Part shown: positions 16,436-26,098 of the stretch, in pieces
Numbering within the stretch: the stretch's first letter is position 1
How the letters are laid out: every line of letters starts with the position of its first letter
Assembly (NCBI GenBank): GCA_017624395.1
Contig: JAGANE010000067.1
Location: 1 to 38,426, forward strand
Reading direction: 5' to 3'
Length of the DNA stretch: 38,426 nucleotides
Source: Clostridia bacterium
GTDB taxonomy: Bacteria; Bacillota; Clostridia; Oscillospirales; CAG-272
The notes under the pieces: generated by a model
Database searches by the model: none
What the model saw: the letters and a program-made list of their open reading frames with translations, nothing else
Told to the model about the DNA's origin: nothing
Program-made: the position numbers and the translations under genes

Positions 16436-19400
16436 ATGATAAACGGATTTGTACATTTGCATTTGCACAGTGAATACAGTCTTTTGGACGGTGCCTGTCG
16501 CATTGCCGATATTCCAAAGCGTGTCAAGGAATGTGGGCAGGAGGCGGTTGCCATTACCGATCACGGCGTGATGTACGGTGTGGTGGCGTTTTGGGAGGCA
16601 TGCCGCAAGGAGGGTGTCAAGCCGATCATCGGTTGTGAGGTCTACGTTGCCCCCACGTCGCGCTTTGACAAGACCAATACGGGCGAGGGATATGCCGACC
16701 ATCTGGTTTTGCTTTGCGAGAATATGGAGGGCTACAAAAACCTGACCGAGATGGTATCGCGCTCGTTTACCGAGGGCTTTTACAACAAGCCGCGCGTGGA
16801 CGAGGAGCTTTTGCGCAAGTATAGCGGCGGACTCATCGCGCTTTCTGCCTGCCTTGGCGGAAGAATTCCCAAGCTTTTGACCAAGGGGGATTTTGCGGGA
16901 GCAGAGGAGATTGCGCGCCGCTATGCCGAGATCTTTGGCAAGGATCATTTTTATATCGAGATTCAGGATCACGGGCTTGCCGAGCAAAAGGCGATCCTAC
17001 CGTCTCTGGTCAAGCTTGCAAAGGAGTGTGAGCTTCCGCTGATCGCCACCAACGACTGTCACTATCTGCGCCGTCAGGATGCCGAAACACAGGCGATTTT
17101 GATGTGTATTCAAACCAATACCACGATCGATGCGGGGCGACCTGCGGCGTTTGCTACCGACGAGTTTTATCTCAAGGATACCAACGAGATGGAAATGATC
17201 TTTCGTCAGTATCCCGAAGCACTTCAAAACACCGCACGCATTGCCGAAAGATGTAACGTGGATTTTGATTTTTCCACCACGTATCTGCCAAAATTCCCAT
17301 GTCCCGCTGGGGAAAGTGCCGAACAGCACCTGCGCCGCCTTGCCTACGAGGGGCTGGAGACGAGGATCAACAGTGGAAGGATCGTCTTTGAAAAATACAA
17401 GCGCGAGGATTACGAGGCGCGTATGGAGTACGAGCTTTCGGTAATCTCGCAAATGGGCTATGCCGATTATTTTCTCATTGTTCAGGATTACGTTTCGTTT
17501 GCCAAATCGCGCGATATTCCCGTCGGCCCCGGGCGTGGTTCGGGTGCGGGAAGTCTTGTGGCGTTTGCGCTTGGCATCACCGACGTGGATTCCATTGCCT
17601 TTGACCTCTTGTTTGAGCGTTTCCTCAATCCCGAGCGTGTCAGTATGCCCGATATTGATATTGACTTTTGCTACAACCGACGCGACGAGGTGATCGACTA
17701 TGTCACCAAAAAATACGGCAGTGATCACGTCTCGCAGATCATCACCTTTGGTACGCTTGCCGCACGCGCGGCGATCCGTGACGTCGGGCGTGCGCTTGGA
17801 ATGTCCTATCAGGACGTGGACGTAGTGGCGCGCGCCGTGCCGCAGGAATTGAATATCACCATCGGAATGGCATTAAAGCTCCCCGATTTGAAAAATCAAT
17901 ATGAAAATTCTCCCGAGGTCCAGCGACTTGTGGATACCGCAATGGCACTGGAGGGAATGCCGCGAAACGTTTCGGTGCATGCGGCAGGTGTGGTCATTAC
18001 CGACCGCCCCATTTCCGAATATGTGCCGCTTTCTATGAGCAACGGTACCGTGGTCACGCAATTTGACATGGATACGGTGGCAAAATTGGGACTTTTGAAA
18101 TTTGATTTTCTTGCCCTGCGTTACCTTACCATCATTCACGATGCCGAGCGGCAGATCCGTGAGAGTGAGCCGAATTTTGATATAGAAGATCTGCCCTTGG
18201 ACGATGCGGCAACCTACCGTCTGATCTCATCGGGACGGACGAGCGGTGTGTTTCAGCTGGAGTCGGGCGGCATGCGGCAGATGCTTGCCAATCTCGCGCC
18301 CGAGCGGTTGGATGACATCATTGCGGCAATTGCGCTTTACCGTCCGGGACCGATGGATTCCATTCCCAAATTTATTGAATGCCGTCATCATCCAGAGCGC
18401 GTGAGCTATGCCATTGCACAATTGGAGCCGATCCTGCGCCCGACCTACGGCTGTACCGTCTATCAGGAGCAGGTCATGAGCATCTTCCGCGAGATCGCGG
18501 GCTATACCTTCGGTCACGCCGACGTCGTGCGCCGTGCCATGTCCAAAAAGAAGGCGGACGTTCTGCTTTCCGAGCGTGAGTGCTTTGTTTCGGGGGCTGT
18601 GGAGCGCGGTGTGGACCGCGAGGCGGCAGCAGAACTGTTTTCGGATATGGAGAGCTTTGCAAATTACGCCTTCAATAAGTCTCACGCGGCGGCATATGCC
18701 CTCATTTCTTATCGCACGGCATACCTCAAATGCCATTATCCGCACGCCTATTTTTCGGCGCTTTTGACCAGCGTTCTCGGAAATCAGACCAAGGTGGCGG
18801 AATATATTGCCGAATGCTCCACGCGCGGAATCCGCGTGCTGCCTCCCGATATCAACGAGAGCCGTATGTATTTTTCGGTCAGCGGAAAGGATATCCGCTT
18901 TGGACTTTTGGCACTCAAAAACGTGGGACGTTCCTTTCTGCAAGCCATTTTAGAGGAGCGCAAGCACGGAAAATTTACCTCGTTTGAGGATTTTATCGAC
19001 CGTATGCCCGCGGGAGAGCTAAACAAGCGCATGGTGGAATCTCTGCTTAAGGCAGGTACCTTTGACGGTCTTGGTGTTTACCGTAGCCGTCTTTTGCGCG
19101 TTTATGAGAGCATGATCGAGCAGGCTGCCGAAAAGGGTAGAAATAATCTGGACGGACAGCTGGATATGTTCTCCATGCTTGGCGGTATGGGGGCGGAAAC
19201 GGTCAAGCCTGCTTGCGAATACCCCGATATTCCCGAATTTGGAGTGCGTGAAAAGCTTTTGATGGAAAAGGAAGCCACGGGAATGTATTTTTCGGGACAG
19301 ATGCTGGACGAATATTCCAAGCACGTCGAGCTGCTCAAGCCCGATGCGATTTCCGATTTTGTGGGAGATGAGAGCGATCCTGCCGATAAGGCACGCGTCA

Positions 19401-19978
19401 ACGTAGCAGGGATCGTGACCTCTGTAACGCTCAAAAATACGCGAAACGGTGACCGTATGGCATTCTTTACCTTGGAGGATCGCATGGCGGAGATCGAGTG
19501 CGTTGCCTTTGCACGGCAGTATGCTGAAAACGCGCATCTGATCCATACCGACGCCGCACTGTACGTCAGCGGCAGTATCTCTTTGCGTGAGGACGAGCCG
19601 CCAAAGATCCTTATCAACCGTTTGGAGGCACTTGTGGAGGATACGCGCTTCCGTCCTGAGGAGCATTCCATTGCACCGCAGAAAAAGACTTCCGTGCAAA
19701 AAACAGAAACACGTGACGCAGATGTACAACGCAGCGTGCCGCAAAACAGATCGCAAACACCACCCCGTCGCCTCTTTTTACGGGTTCCAAAGGAACACAG
19801 CGAGCATTATTTTAAGGCGCTCAATCTGGTGGAGCTGTTTGATGGGGATTTTCCCGCATACTTCTATTTTGCCGACGAAAAGCGTTACGATACGGTGCCG
19901 CACGGCGTTTTGATGAGCGATTACGTTCTGCGCGAGCTGTCGGTACTCTTGGGAGAAGAAAACGTGATCTTAAAGTAA
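16436..19978 (+). CDS. dnaE: DNA polymerase III subunit alpha
   Basis: HLHLHSEYSLLDG PHP domain, GPGRGSGAGS, MPDIDIDF, YAFNKSH, OB fold. Confidence 0.98.
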   Translation: MINGFVHLHLHSEYSLLDGACRIADIPKRVKECGQEAVAITDHGVMYGVVAFWEACRKEGVKPIIGCEVYVAPTSRFDKTNTGEGYADHLVLLCENMEGYKNLTEMVSRSFTEGFYNKPRVDEELLRKYSGGLIALSACLGGRIPKLLTKGDFAGAEEIARRYAEIFGKDHFYIEIQDHGLAEQKAILPSLVKLAKECELPLIATNDCHYLRRQDAETQAILMCIQTNTTIDAGRPAAFATDEFYLKDTNEMEMIFRQYPEALQNTARIAERCNVDFDFSTTYLPKFPCPAGESAEQHLRRLAYEGLETRINSGRIVFEKYKREDYEARMEYELSVISQMGYADYFLIVQDYVSFAKSRDIPVGPGRGSGAGSLVAFALGITDVDSIAFDLLFERFLNPERVSMPDIDIDFCYNRRDEVIDYVTKKYGSDHVSQIITFGTLAARAAIRDVGRALGMSYQDVDVVARAVPQELNITIGMALKLPDLKNQYENSPEVQRLVDTAMALEGMPRNVSVHAAGVVITDRPISEYVPLSMSNGTVVTQFDMDTVAKLGLLKFDFLALRYLTIIHDAERQIRESEPNFDIEDLPLDDAATYRLISSGRTSGVFQLESGGMRQMLANLAPERLDDIIAAIALYRPGPMDSIPKFIECRHHPERVSYAIAQLEPILRPTYGCTVYQEQVMSIFREIAGYTFGHADVVRRAMSKKKADVLLSERECFVSGAVERGVDREAAAELFSDMESFANYAFNKSHAAAYALISYRTAYLKCHYPHAYFSALLTSVLGNQTKVAEYIAECSTRGIRVLPPDINESRMYFSVSGKDIRFGLLALKNVGRSFLQAILEERKHGKFTSFEDFIDRMPAGELNKRMVESLLKAGTFDGLGVYRSRLLRVYESMIEQAAEKGRNNLDGQLDMFSMLGGMGAETVKPACEYPDIPEFGVREKLLMEKEATGMYFSGQMLDEYSKHVELLKPDAISDFVGDESDPADKARVNVAGIVTSVTLKNTRNGDRMAFFTLEDRMAEIECVAFARQYAENAHLIHTDAALYVSGSISLREDEPPKILINRLEALVEDTRFRPEEHSIAPQKKTSVQKTETRDADVQRSVPQNRSQTPPRRLFLRVPKEHSEHYFKALNLVELFDGDFPAYFYFADEKRYDTVPHGVLMSDYVLRELSVLLGEENVILK

Positions 19979-19989
19979 AGGAGATTGCA

Positions 19990-20676
19990 ATGATCAAATA
20001 TGTATTTTTGGATCTGGACGACACTGTTTTGGATTTTCACAAGGCAGAGGAGGTGGCAATCCAAAAGACGCTACGACATTTTGGAGTAACCCCCACGGAA
20101 AAGACCGTTGCGCGTTACAGCGCGATCAATCAAGCGCAGTGGAAGCTTTTGGAGCAAGGGAAATTGACACGGGCGGAGGTCAAGCTGCGTCGCTTTTCCC
20201 TGTTGTTTGAGGAGCTTGGTGTTCAAATCGATGCCGAAGCCGCGCGTACCTTTTATGAGGAGGCTCTGTCTCACGGGCATTATTTTATCGCGGGTGCCGA
20301 GCAGCTTTTGCAAGACCTTTGCAAAGACTATGCGCTTTACATTGCCTCCAACGGTACAACGGCTGTGCAAAACGGGCGAATTGCCAGTGCGGGCATTGCG
20401 CATTATTTTGAGGAGATCTTTCTTTCCGAGCAGATCGGAGCGGTCAAGCCGACCAAGGCGTTTTTTGATCATTGCTTTGCACGGATCCCGCAGTTTGATC
20501 GGCATGAGGCGATCATTCTCGGTGATAGCCTGACCTCGGATATTCAGGGCGGCATCCATGCGGGGATCAAAACCTGTTGGTTCAATCCCAAGGGGGAGTG
20601 CGCCGGTGGGGAGGTTCGGCCGGATTTTGAGATTTCCGCCTTGGAAGAATTTTTACCGTTATTAAAAAGCTTGTGA
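19990..20676 (+). CDS. YjjG family HAD pyrimidine nucleotidase
   Basis: DLDDTVLDF, SNG, KP, GDSLTSDIQGG. Confidence 0.9.
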   Translation: MIKYVFLDLDDTVLDFHKAEEVAIQKTLRHFGVTPTEKTVARYSAINQAQWKLLEQGKLTRAEVKLRRFSLLFEELGVQIDAEAARTFYEEALSHGHYFIAGAEQLLQDLCKDYALYIASNGTTAVQNGRIASAGIAHYFEEIFLSEQIGAVKPTKAFFDHCFARIPQFDRHEAIILGDSLTSDIQGGIHAGIKTCWFNPKGECAGGEVRPDFEISALEEFLPLLKSL

Positions 20677-20683
20677 GGATATA

Positions 20684-21829
20684 ATGAAGAATAAACGCTC
20701 AAATACGCTCAAAAAGCTTGTTGCGGTTGTTGTATTTTTTGCAATTTGCTTTGCGTTGGGAATTTTGCTGGGAAAGGTGATGGTATCCATCCTTCCCGAA
20801 GACGGCTCCTCCGAGGAACGTCTGTGGAATCTTTTCATGATGCTGTTAGGGCTTTACGTCGGAATGTTTTTACATATCGTTATTCACGAGGCGGGACATT
20901 TGGTGTGCGGCTTGATCAGCGGATACACCTTTGTATCCTTCCGCATCGGCGGTTTGATGCTTTTCAAGCGAGATGGAAAATACCGATTTGCGCGCTATTC
21001 GCTTGCGGGAACTGCGGGGCAGTGTCTGCTATCTCCCCCCGAGCTGAAAGACGGAAAAATCCCCGTCACGCTTTACAATCTCGGCGGGGTGCTGTTCAAT
21101 CTTTTGTTCTCTTTTGTGTTTGCTCTTTTGATTTTGGTTTTTCCGCCGTATCTGGATTCTTTTTGCCTTTCCTTTGTGGCGGTGGGGGGCATTACTGCGC
21201 TCACCAACGGAATTCCAATGAAAACGGGAACCGTAAACAACGATGGCTCCAATGCTTTTCATCTTCTTAAGGATGCGGACGCTTGCCGCGCCTTTTGGCT
21301 GCAATTAAAAATCAACGCTCTGCAAATGCAGGGCACTCGCCTTGCGGATATGCCCGCAGAATGGTTTGAAAGACCTGCGCCCGAGCAGTGGAAGAACAGT
21401 ATGCTTGCCACACTCTGGGTCTTGCGCTGCAATTGGCTCTCCGACCAAGGGCTTTGGGAGAGGGCGGATGCGGAAATGAAGGAGCTGTTGAATGCCGACA
21501 GTGCGATCATTGGGATTCACCGTCAGCTGTTGACCTTGGAGCGTTGCTTTTGCGCACTTTTGCGGGGGAGCGATCCCGACGGTGTCCTTAAGGAGTGGAA
21601 CAGTCGGTCTTTGCAAAAATTGCAACGCGCAATGAAGCGCTTTCCCATGATTTTGCGCGTGCAATATGCATATGCACTTTTGCATGAGCAAAACGAAACG
21701 CTTGCCGAACAGAAGCGCGCGGAATTGGAAAAGGCACTTGCCTCCTATCCCTTTGCAGGCGAGCTTGCGGGAGAGCGTCAATGGCTGCCGATCATTGCCG
21801 AACGGGCAAAAAATCGCTCTATGTCATAA
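20684..21829 (+). CDS. M50 (site-2 protease) family membrane metallopeptidase
   Basis: HEAGH within a TM region, GG..FN, NDG; helical C-terminal domain. Confidence 0.8.
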   Translation: MKNKRSNTLKKLVAVVVFFAICFALGILLGKVMVSILPEDGSSEERLWNLFMMLLGLYVGMFLHIVIHEAGHLVCGLISGYTFVSFRIGGLMLFKRDGKYRFARYSLAGTAGQCLLSPPELKDGKIPVTLYNLGGVLFNLLFSFVFALLILVFPPYLDSFCLSFVAVGGITALTNGIPMKTGTVNNDGSNAFHLLKDADACRAFWLQLKINALQMQGTRLADMPAEWFERPAPEQWKNSMLATLWVLRCNWLSDQGLWERADAEMKELLNADSAIIGIHRQLLTLERCFCALLRGSDPDGVLKEWNSRSLQKLQRAMKRFPMILRVQYAYALLHEQNETLAEQKRAELEKALASYPFAGELAGERQWLPIIAERAKNRSMS

Positions 21830-21939
21830 AAAAACATACGGTTGCGCCCATTGGTTGACAAATTTCCAAGTTGGGTTGGTAGCATGCAACTGCCGTTTGT
21901 GGTAAAATAAAGTCATCAAACAGAAAGGAGCAACGAACT

Positions 21940-22926
21940 ATGATCCTTGCGGACAAAATTATGATGTTGCGAAAAAAGAACGGTTGGTCTCAGGAGGAGT
22001 TGGCGGAAAAATTGAATGTGTCCCGACAATCGGTCTCCAAATGGGAGGGCGGACTTTCGGTGCCGGATATGAACAAGATCATCGGCATGAGCGCCCTGTT
22101 TGGTGTCAGTACCGATTACTTATTAAAGGATGAATTGGAAAGCATCACCCCATCGGAAACGGCGGAGCGTGATGACAAAGGGGCGGTGCGTTCCGTCTCT
22201 CTGGAGGAGGCAAACCGATATTTGGATACTGTGGAACGGCTTTCCCGTCGTATTGTACTTGCAGTGATGCTATGCATTCTTTCTCCCGCGTGTCTGATCT
22301 TTCTTGGCGGATGTGCCGATGAGGTGGCAGGCTTTTTGATCTCCGAAAACTTTGCAATCGGCATCGGTATGATCACACTTTTCCTTTTGGTTGGTGTTGC
22401 CGTGGCAATTTTTATTCCCACGGGAATGCAGCTTTCGGAGTTTTCCTATCTGGATAAAGAAGAATTTTCTTTGGATTACGGTGTAAAGGGGATTGTGGAA
22501 AAGCGGCTGCTTTCTTATATACCTCGCTACCGTATGCTTTTAACGCTTGGGATCATGCTTTGTATCTTTAGCGCGGTTCCTCTGATCGTTTTTGCTATCA
22601 TGGAGGCAAGCCTTCTCTTATTGGTGGGCAGTACGGCATTGGTTTTGGTGATCTGTTCGATTGGCGTTGCGCTGATCGTGCGTGCTTGCTATATCAACGG
22701 TAGCTGTCAGAGATTGCTGCAAACGGGGGAATTTACGGAGGAAAACAAAAAGCGCACCCGTGAAAACGAGGCACTGGACTCTGCCTATTGGGGCGTGTTT
22801 ACCGCTCTTTATCTCGGCGTCAGCTTTTTGACAATGAAGTGGCACATCACCTGGATCATATGGCTCGTGGCAGGCTGTTTGTCCCCCGTATTTCAATACG
22901 TGATCGGTCTTTTGCGCAAGAAATAA
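21940..22926 (+). CDS. XRE-family HTH regulator with multi-TM C-terminal domain
   Basis: SQEELAEKLNVSRQSVSKWE, FGVSTDYLL; about six TM helices. Confidence 0.88.
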   Translation: MILADKIMMLRKKNGWSQEELAEKLNVSRQSVSKWEGGLSVPDMNKIIGMSALFGVSTDYLLKDELESITPSETAERDDKGAVRSVSLEEANRYLDTVERLSRRIVLAVMLCILSPACLIFLGGCADEVAGFLISENFAIGIGMITLFLLVGVAVAIFIPTGMQLSEFSYLDKEEFSLDYGVKGIVEKRLLSYIPRYRMLLTLGIMLCIFSAVPLIVFAIMEASLLLLVGSTALVLVICSIGVALIVRACYINGSCQRLLQTGEFTEENKKRTRENEALDSAYWGVFTALYLGVSFLTMKWHITWIIWLVAGCLSPVFQYVIGLLRKK

Positions 22927-22940
22927 ATTCCTTGAAGTAT

Positions 22941-22984
22941 AAAAAAGCGGTCTGCTTCTCCAAACGGAGAGACAGACCGCTTTT
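22941..22984. terminator. Bidirectional terminator
   Basis: AAAAAAGCGGTCTG...CAGACCGCTTTT between convergent genes. Confidence 0.8.
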
Positions 22985-22990
22985 GCTCGT

Positions 22991-23923
22991 TTATGCTTCG
23001 TAGATCTTTACCGCACCGCGGACGGTTGCGGCATTGACGGTATTGTCGTCAAGGGAAAGGATTTCGGCGCGGCAATGCTTTTCCAAAAGCAGTCGCAATG
23101 CTTCACGGATCTGCTTTTTGCCACCGATGATCACCTTTTTTGCATTTGCGGCACAAATGTTTTCTACCTCGGCTTGCAGGATCACGCCCATAAAAAATCC
23201 GTAAACGTATTCCTTGGAGCGTCCAAGCTTGTTTTTTAGCACCCGTACCTTAAAAAGCGCTTGATTGATCCCTTTTTCGGCGCACAGCGCGTAGCCTGCA
23301 AAAAGTCCCTCGGAATCTACTGCTTCGGTGGAAAGGTCCACAGCATCCTTTAAAATGGTGTTTCCTGAAAGCGCCGCGATCATTTCTCCCGTCAGTGTGG
23401 TTTGAAAGTCACGGATGCGTGAGCTTTCGTCCGTATAAACCAGCTTGCAGTGGGAGCCGGGCAGGACGTAGACGGCATCGGCTTCGGGGGTGTCGGTCAA
23501 GCCGTAAAGCTCGGTTTCCTCGCCGCGCATCACGTCAAGGGTGGCAATGTCTGCTCCTGCCGTTTTGACACCGGGGAGAAAAACGAAGGGAATGGGAGAA
23601 ATGTCGGAGAGAACGGTCTCCTTTTTTCCGTTGTGTAATTCCCCGATTCCTGTGGGCAGGGTGAGGTGGGGAAGCTCGTACAGACCAAACTCCGAGGTGA
23701 TCATGCCCGAGGCAAGGATCCTTTCTACGTCGCCCTCGGTCAGGCTATTGCGGAAAAGCAGTGCCGAGACGGCATCCTTCACGGCGATGCGCAACGCCTC
23801 TTGTTCTCCTTTGCGGCTACCGGAGCCGATGGAGAGCTTTTCGGTATCAAGAATTACGCCGTCAAGCACCAGATAAAGCCGCGTGTTGGTCGTGCCGCCG
23901 TCCACGGTGATATAATATTTCAT
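22991..23923 (-). CDS. dgoK: 2-dehydro-3-deoxygalactonokinase
   Basis: DGGTTNTR, SGMITSEFG, DVMRGEETE, LPGSHCK, TTLTGE. Confidence 0.88.
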   Translation of the reverse strand: MKYYITVDGGTTNTRLYLVLDGVILDTEKLSIGSGSRKGEQEALRIAVKDAVSALLFRNSLTEGDVERILASGMITSEFGLYELPHLTLPTGIGELHNGKKETVLSDISPIPFVFLPGVKTAGADIATLDVMRGEETELYGLTDTPEADAVYVLPGSHCKLVYTDESSRIRDFQTTLTGEMIAALSGNTILKDAVDLSTEAVDSEGLFAGYALCAEKGINQALFKVRVLKNKLGRSKEYVYGFFMGVILQAEVENICAANAKKVIIGGKKQIREALRLLLEKHCRAEILSLDDNTVNAATVRGAVKIYEA

Positions 23924-23955
23924 AGCAATCTCCCTTTCAAGCGTTTGTTTTCAAA

Positions 23956-24042
23956 ATTATAACATAAAAGCGTTTTTTTGTCAATCAAGCAGGTTGAAAA
24001 TTTTGTTTTTTTATTGACTTTTTTTCAAAACCGTGCTACAAT
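23956..24042. promoter_or_regulatory. Divergent sigmaA promoters for dgoK and eda
   Basis: Minus TTGACA-N17-TATAAT (23984-23956); plus TTGACT-N17-TACAAT (24014-24042). Confidence 0.75.
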
Positions 24043-24082
24043 ATGAGGGAACAAAAATCCCTTTTGGAAAGGAACAAAGGAC

Positions 24083-24748
24083 ATGAACAAGCAGCAGGTT
24101 ATGCAATTGATCGAGCAGGAGAAGCTGGTGGTGATCGTGCGTGGAGTGGCAAAGGAAAAATTGATCCCACTTTGTGGGGCGCTTTACCGCGGCGGTGTCA
24201 GACTTTTGGAGATCACCTTTGACGCAAGAGGGAATACGCCTTGGGAGGAGACTGCCCAAAGCATTGCCATGCTCGATAAGCATTTTGAGGGGCGGATCTG
24301 TATCGGCGCGGGAACTGTGCTGAACACGGCGCAGGCAGAGCTTGCCGTGCACGCAGGCGCAAAATATCTCATTTCCCCCAACGTCAGCCCTGCCGTCATT
24401 GCTTATGCCAAGGAGGCAGGTGTGGTATCCATGCCCGGGGCAATGACCCCCACGGAGATCGTTGACGCTTACAATGCGGGAGCCGATTTTGTCAAGGTCT
24501 TTCCTGCCGATTCCATGGGGCTTTCCTATGTCAAGGCAGTGCGCGCGCCGCTCTCCCATATCCCCATGATCGCCGTGGGCGGAGTGGATGAAAAGAACGT
24601 GGGTGATTTTCTTGCTATTGGACTTTCGGGCGTTGGTGTTGGCTCCAATATCGTTAAAAAAGCCATGCTGGATGCCGAGGATTACGACGGAATTGCAAAG
24701 CTTGCCGGTCTTTATACCGAGGCGATCAAACGCGCCTGCAATATATAA
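24083..24748 (+). CDS. eda: KDPG/KHG (or KDPGal) aldolase
   Basis: LEIT, IGAGTV, ISPN, PGAMTPTE, VKVFPA Schiff-base Lys, AVGGV. Confidence 0.9.
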   Translation: MNKQQVMQLIEQEKLVVIVRGVAKEKLIPLCGALYRGGVRLLEITFDARGNTPWEETAQSIAMLDKHFEGRICIGAGTVLNTAQAELAVHAGAKYLISPNVSPAVIAYAKEAGVVSMPGAMTPTEIVDAYNAGADFVKVFPADSMGLSYVKAVRAPLSHIPMIAVGGVDEKNVGDFLAIGLSGVGVGSNIVKKAMLDAEDYDGIAKLAGLYTEAIKRACNI

Positions 24749-24752
24749 AAGG

Positions 24753-24779
24753 ATCCCCTTGACCGTGCGTCAAGGGGAT
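24753..24779. terminator. Hairpin terminator between convergent genes
   Basis: ATCCCCTTGAC-N5-GTCAAGGGGAT. Confidence 0.7.
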
Positions 24780-24793
24780 GTCTTATATTTGGA

Positions 24794-26083
24794 TCATTCC
24801 TTTTCCTTCCGTGCTTTTTTCTCGGATTGTAAAAGCCGGTAAATCTCCTCGGTGGCAAGACGGGCCTTGGCTACGGGGATTTTTTGATCCTTGGGGAAGC
24901 AATAGTAAAGCGTCTTGGGGTTCCCAATGCCGATGACGTCACCGATCTCATACCAATTAAAATCCGAATTGAGCGTGTAGGAGGAGATCGGCTTTTGGGT
25001 GTATTCCCATGAGCCGTCGGCAGCTGTCAAACGGAAGCCGTCCTTGGTGTGTGTCAGATGTCCGTCTCCCACGTCGTAAAGGCACTTGGTGTTTACCAGC
25101 ATCAGGATCTGCACGTCGCAGTCCAGGCGGTAGCAATCATTTTTCAGCTCTGCCTTTACACAATCTCGCTCCCATGCGTACCAATCCGATACTAACGAGA
25201 ATTCTGATGCTTCGTCTGCGGTGCGCAAAAAGCCATATTCGTCCAATCGGTAATGCTTTTGGCAGGCGTGACAGATCAGCTCGCTGCCTACCCCCTCGGT
25301 TTGTCCCTCCGCATGGCAGGCAGGGCATTTGTACAGGACGCGCTCCAAGCCCTCGGCACGGTCGGGTTCCCCAATGAAAATTCCTTCGGCTTGCTGACGG
25401 CGAAAGGCATCAAAGGCAAACTGCTGCTTGATCAACGCCTGCAATTCCTCTGCACTCTTTTGTTGGCAATCTTCAGGGGAGATCAGGTAGCGCATCTCGG
25501 CGGAAACGCTGACACGCCGTTTTTTGAGATTGTTGTAAAGCGGTTGATGCTCGAATGCGCCCTTGGTTTCTATCATGACCACGGGGGCACCCAACATTTT
25601 TACAAAGCTTCCGAGATGATTCGGGAGCGCGGTGGCGGTGCCGTCAAAGGAGTAGCCCGCTTCTGGAAAAAGCAAAACCGATTGCTTCAGATCGTTAATG
25701 GAGTAGGTTATGTCGCGAACAAGACCGAGATCAAAGATGAATTTTTTGATGGGAATACAGCCCAAAAAGCGCATCAAAAGTCGCTTGCCGATTAGTGCGT
25801 CCGAGGTGCAAACAATGCTGAAGCGTCGGGGAAAAAGCGCAACGGAGGCGATTTCAAGATCAATGAATGCGGAGTGATTCATCAAATACAGGCACGGTTC
25901 CTTTTTTTCAAGCTGCTCCATGCCGATTCGTTTGATCTTCAGCCTGCGTCCCATCAAAGCAAAGGTGGATGCAACGTACAAAAGAAGCCGAAAGAAAAGG
26001 CTTTGTCGCATAGGCTTTTTATGCTTGGGCTGGGGGAGAGAGGTGACCTCTCGGTAGGTTTTCTTAATTACTTTGATCTTCAA
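24794..26083 (-). CDS. PlsC-like lysophospholipid acyltransferase with zinc-ribbon C-terminal extension
   Basis: NHSAFID (HX4D), FPEAG, CPAC...CHAC. Confidence 0.85.
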   Translation of the reverse strand: MKIKVIKKTYREVTSLPQPKHKKPMRQSLFFRLLLYVASTFALMGRRLKIKRIGMEQLEKKEPCLYLMNHSAFIDLEIASVALFPRRFSIVCTSDALIGKRLLMRFLGCIPIKKFIFDLGLVRDITYSINDLKQSVLLFPEAGYSFDGTATALPNHLGSFVKMLGAPVVMIETKGAFEHQPLYNNLKKRRVSVSAEMRYLISPEDCQQKSAEELQALIKQQFAFDAFRRQQAEGIFIGEPDRAEGLERVLYKCPACHAEGQTEGVGSELICHACQKHYRLDEYGFLRTADEASEFSLVSDWYAWERDCVKAELKNDCYRLDCDVQILMLVNTKCLYDVGDGHLTHTKDGFRLTAADGSWEYTQKPISSYTLNSDFNWYEIGDVIGIGNPKTLYYCFPKDQKIPVAKARLATEEIYRLLQSEKKARKEKE

Positions 26084-26098
26084 AAGGGAATCCTGCCT

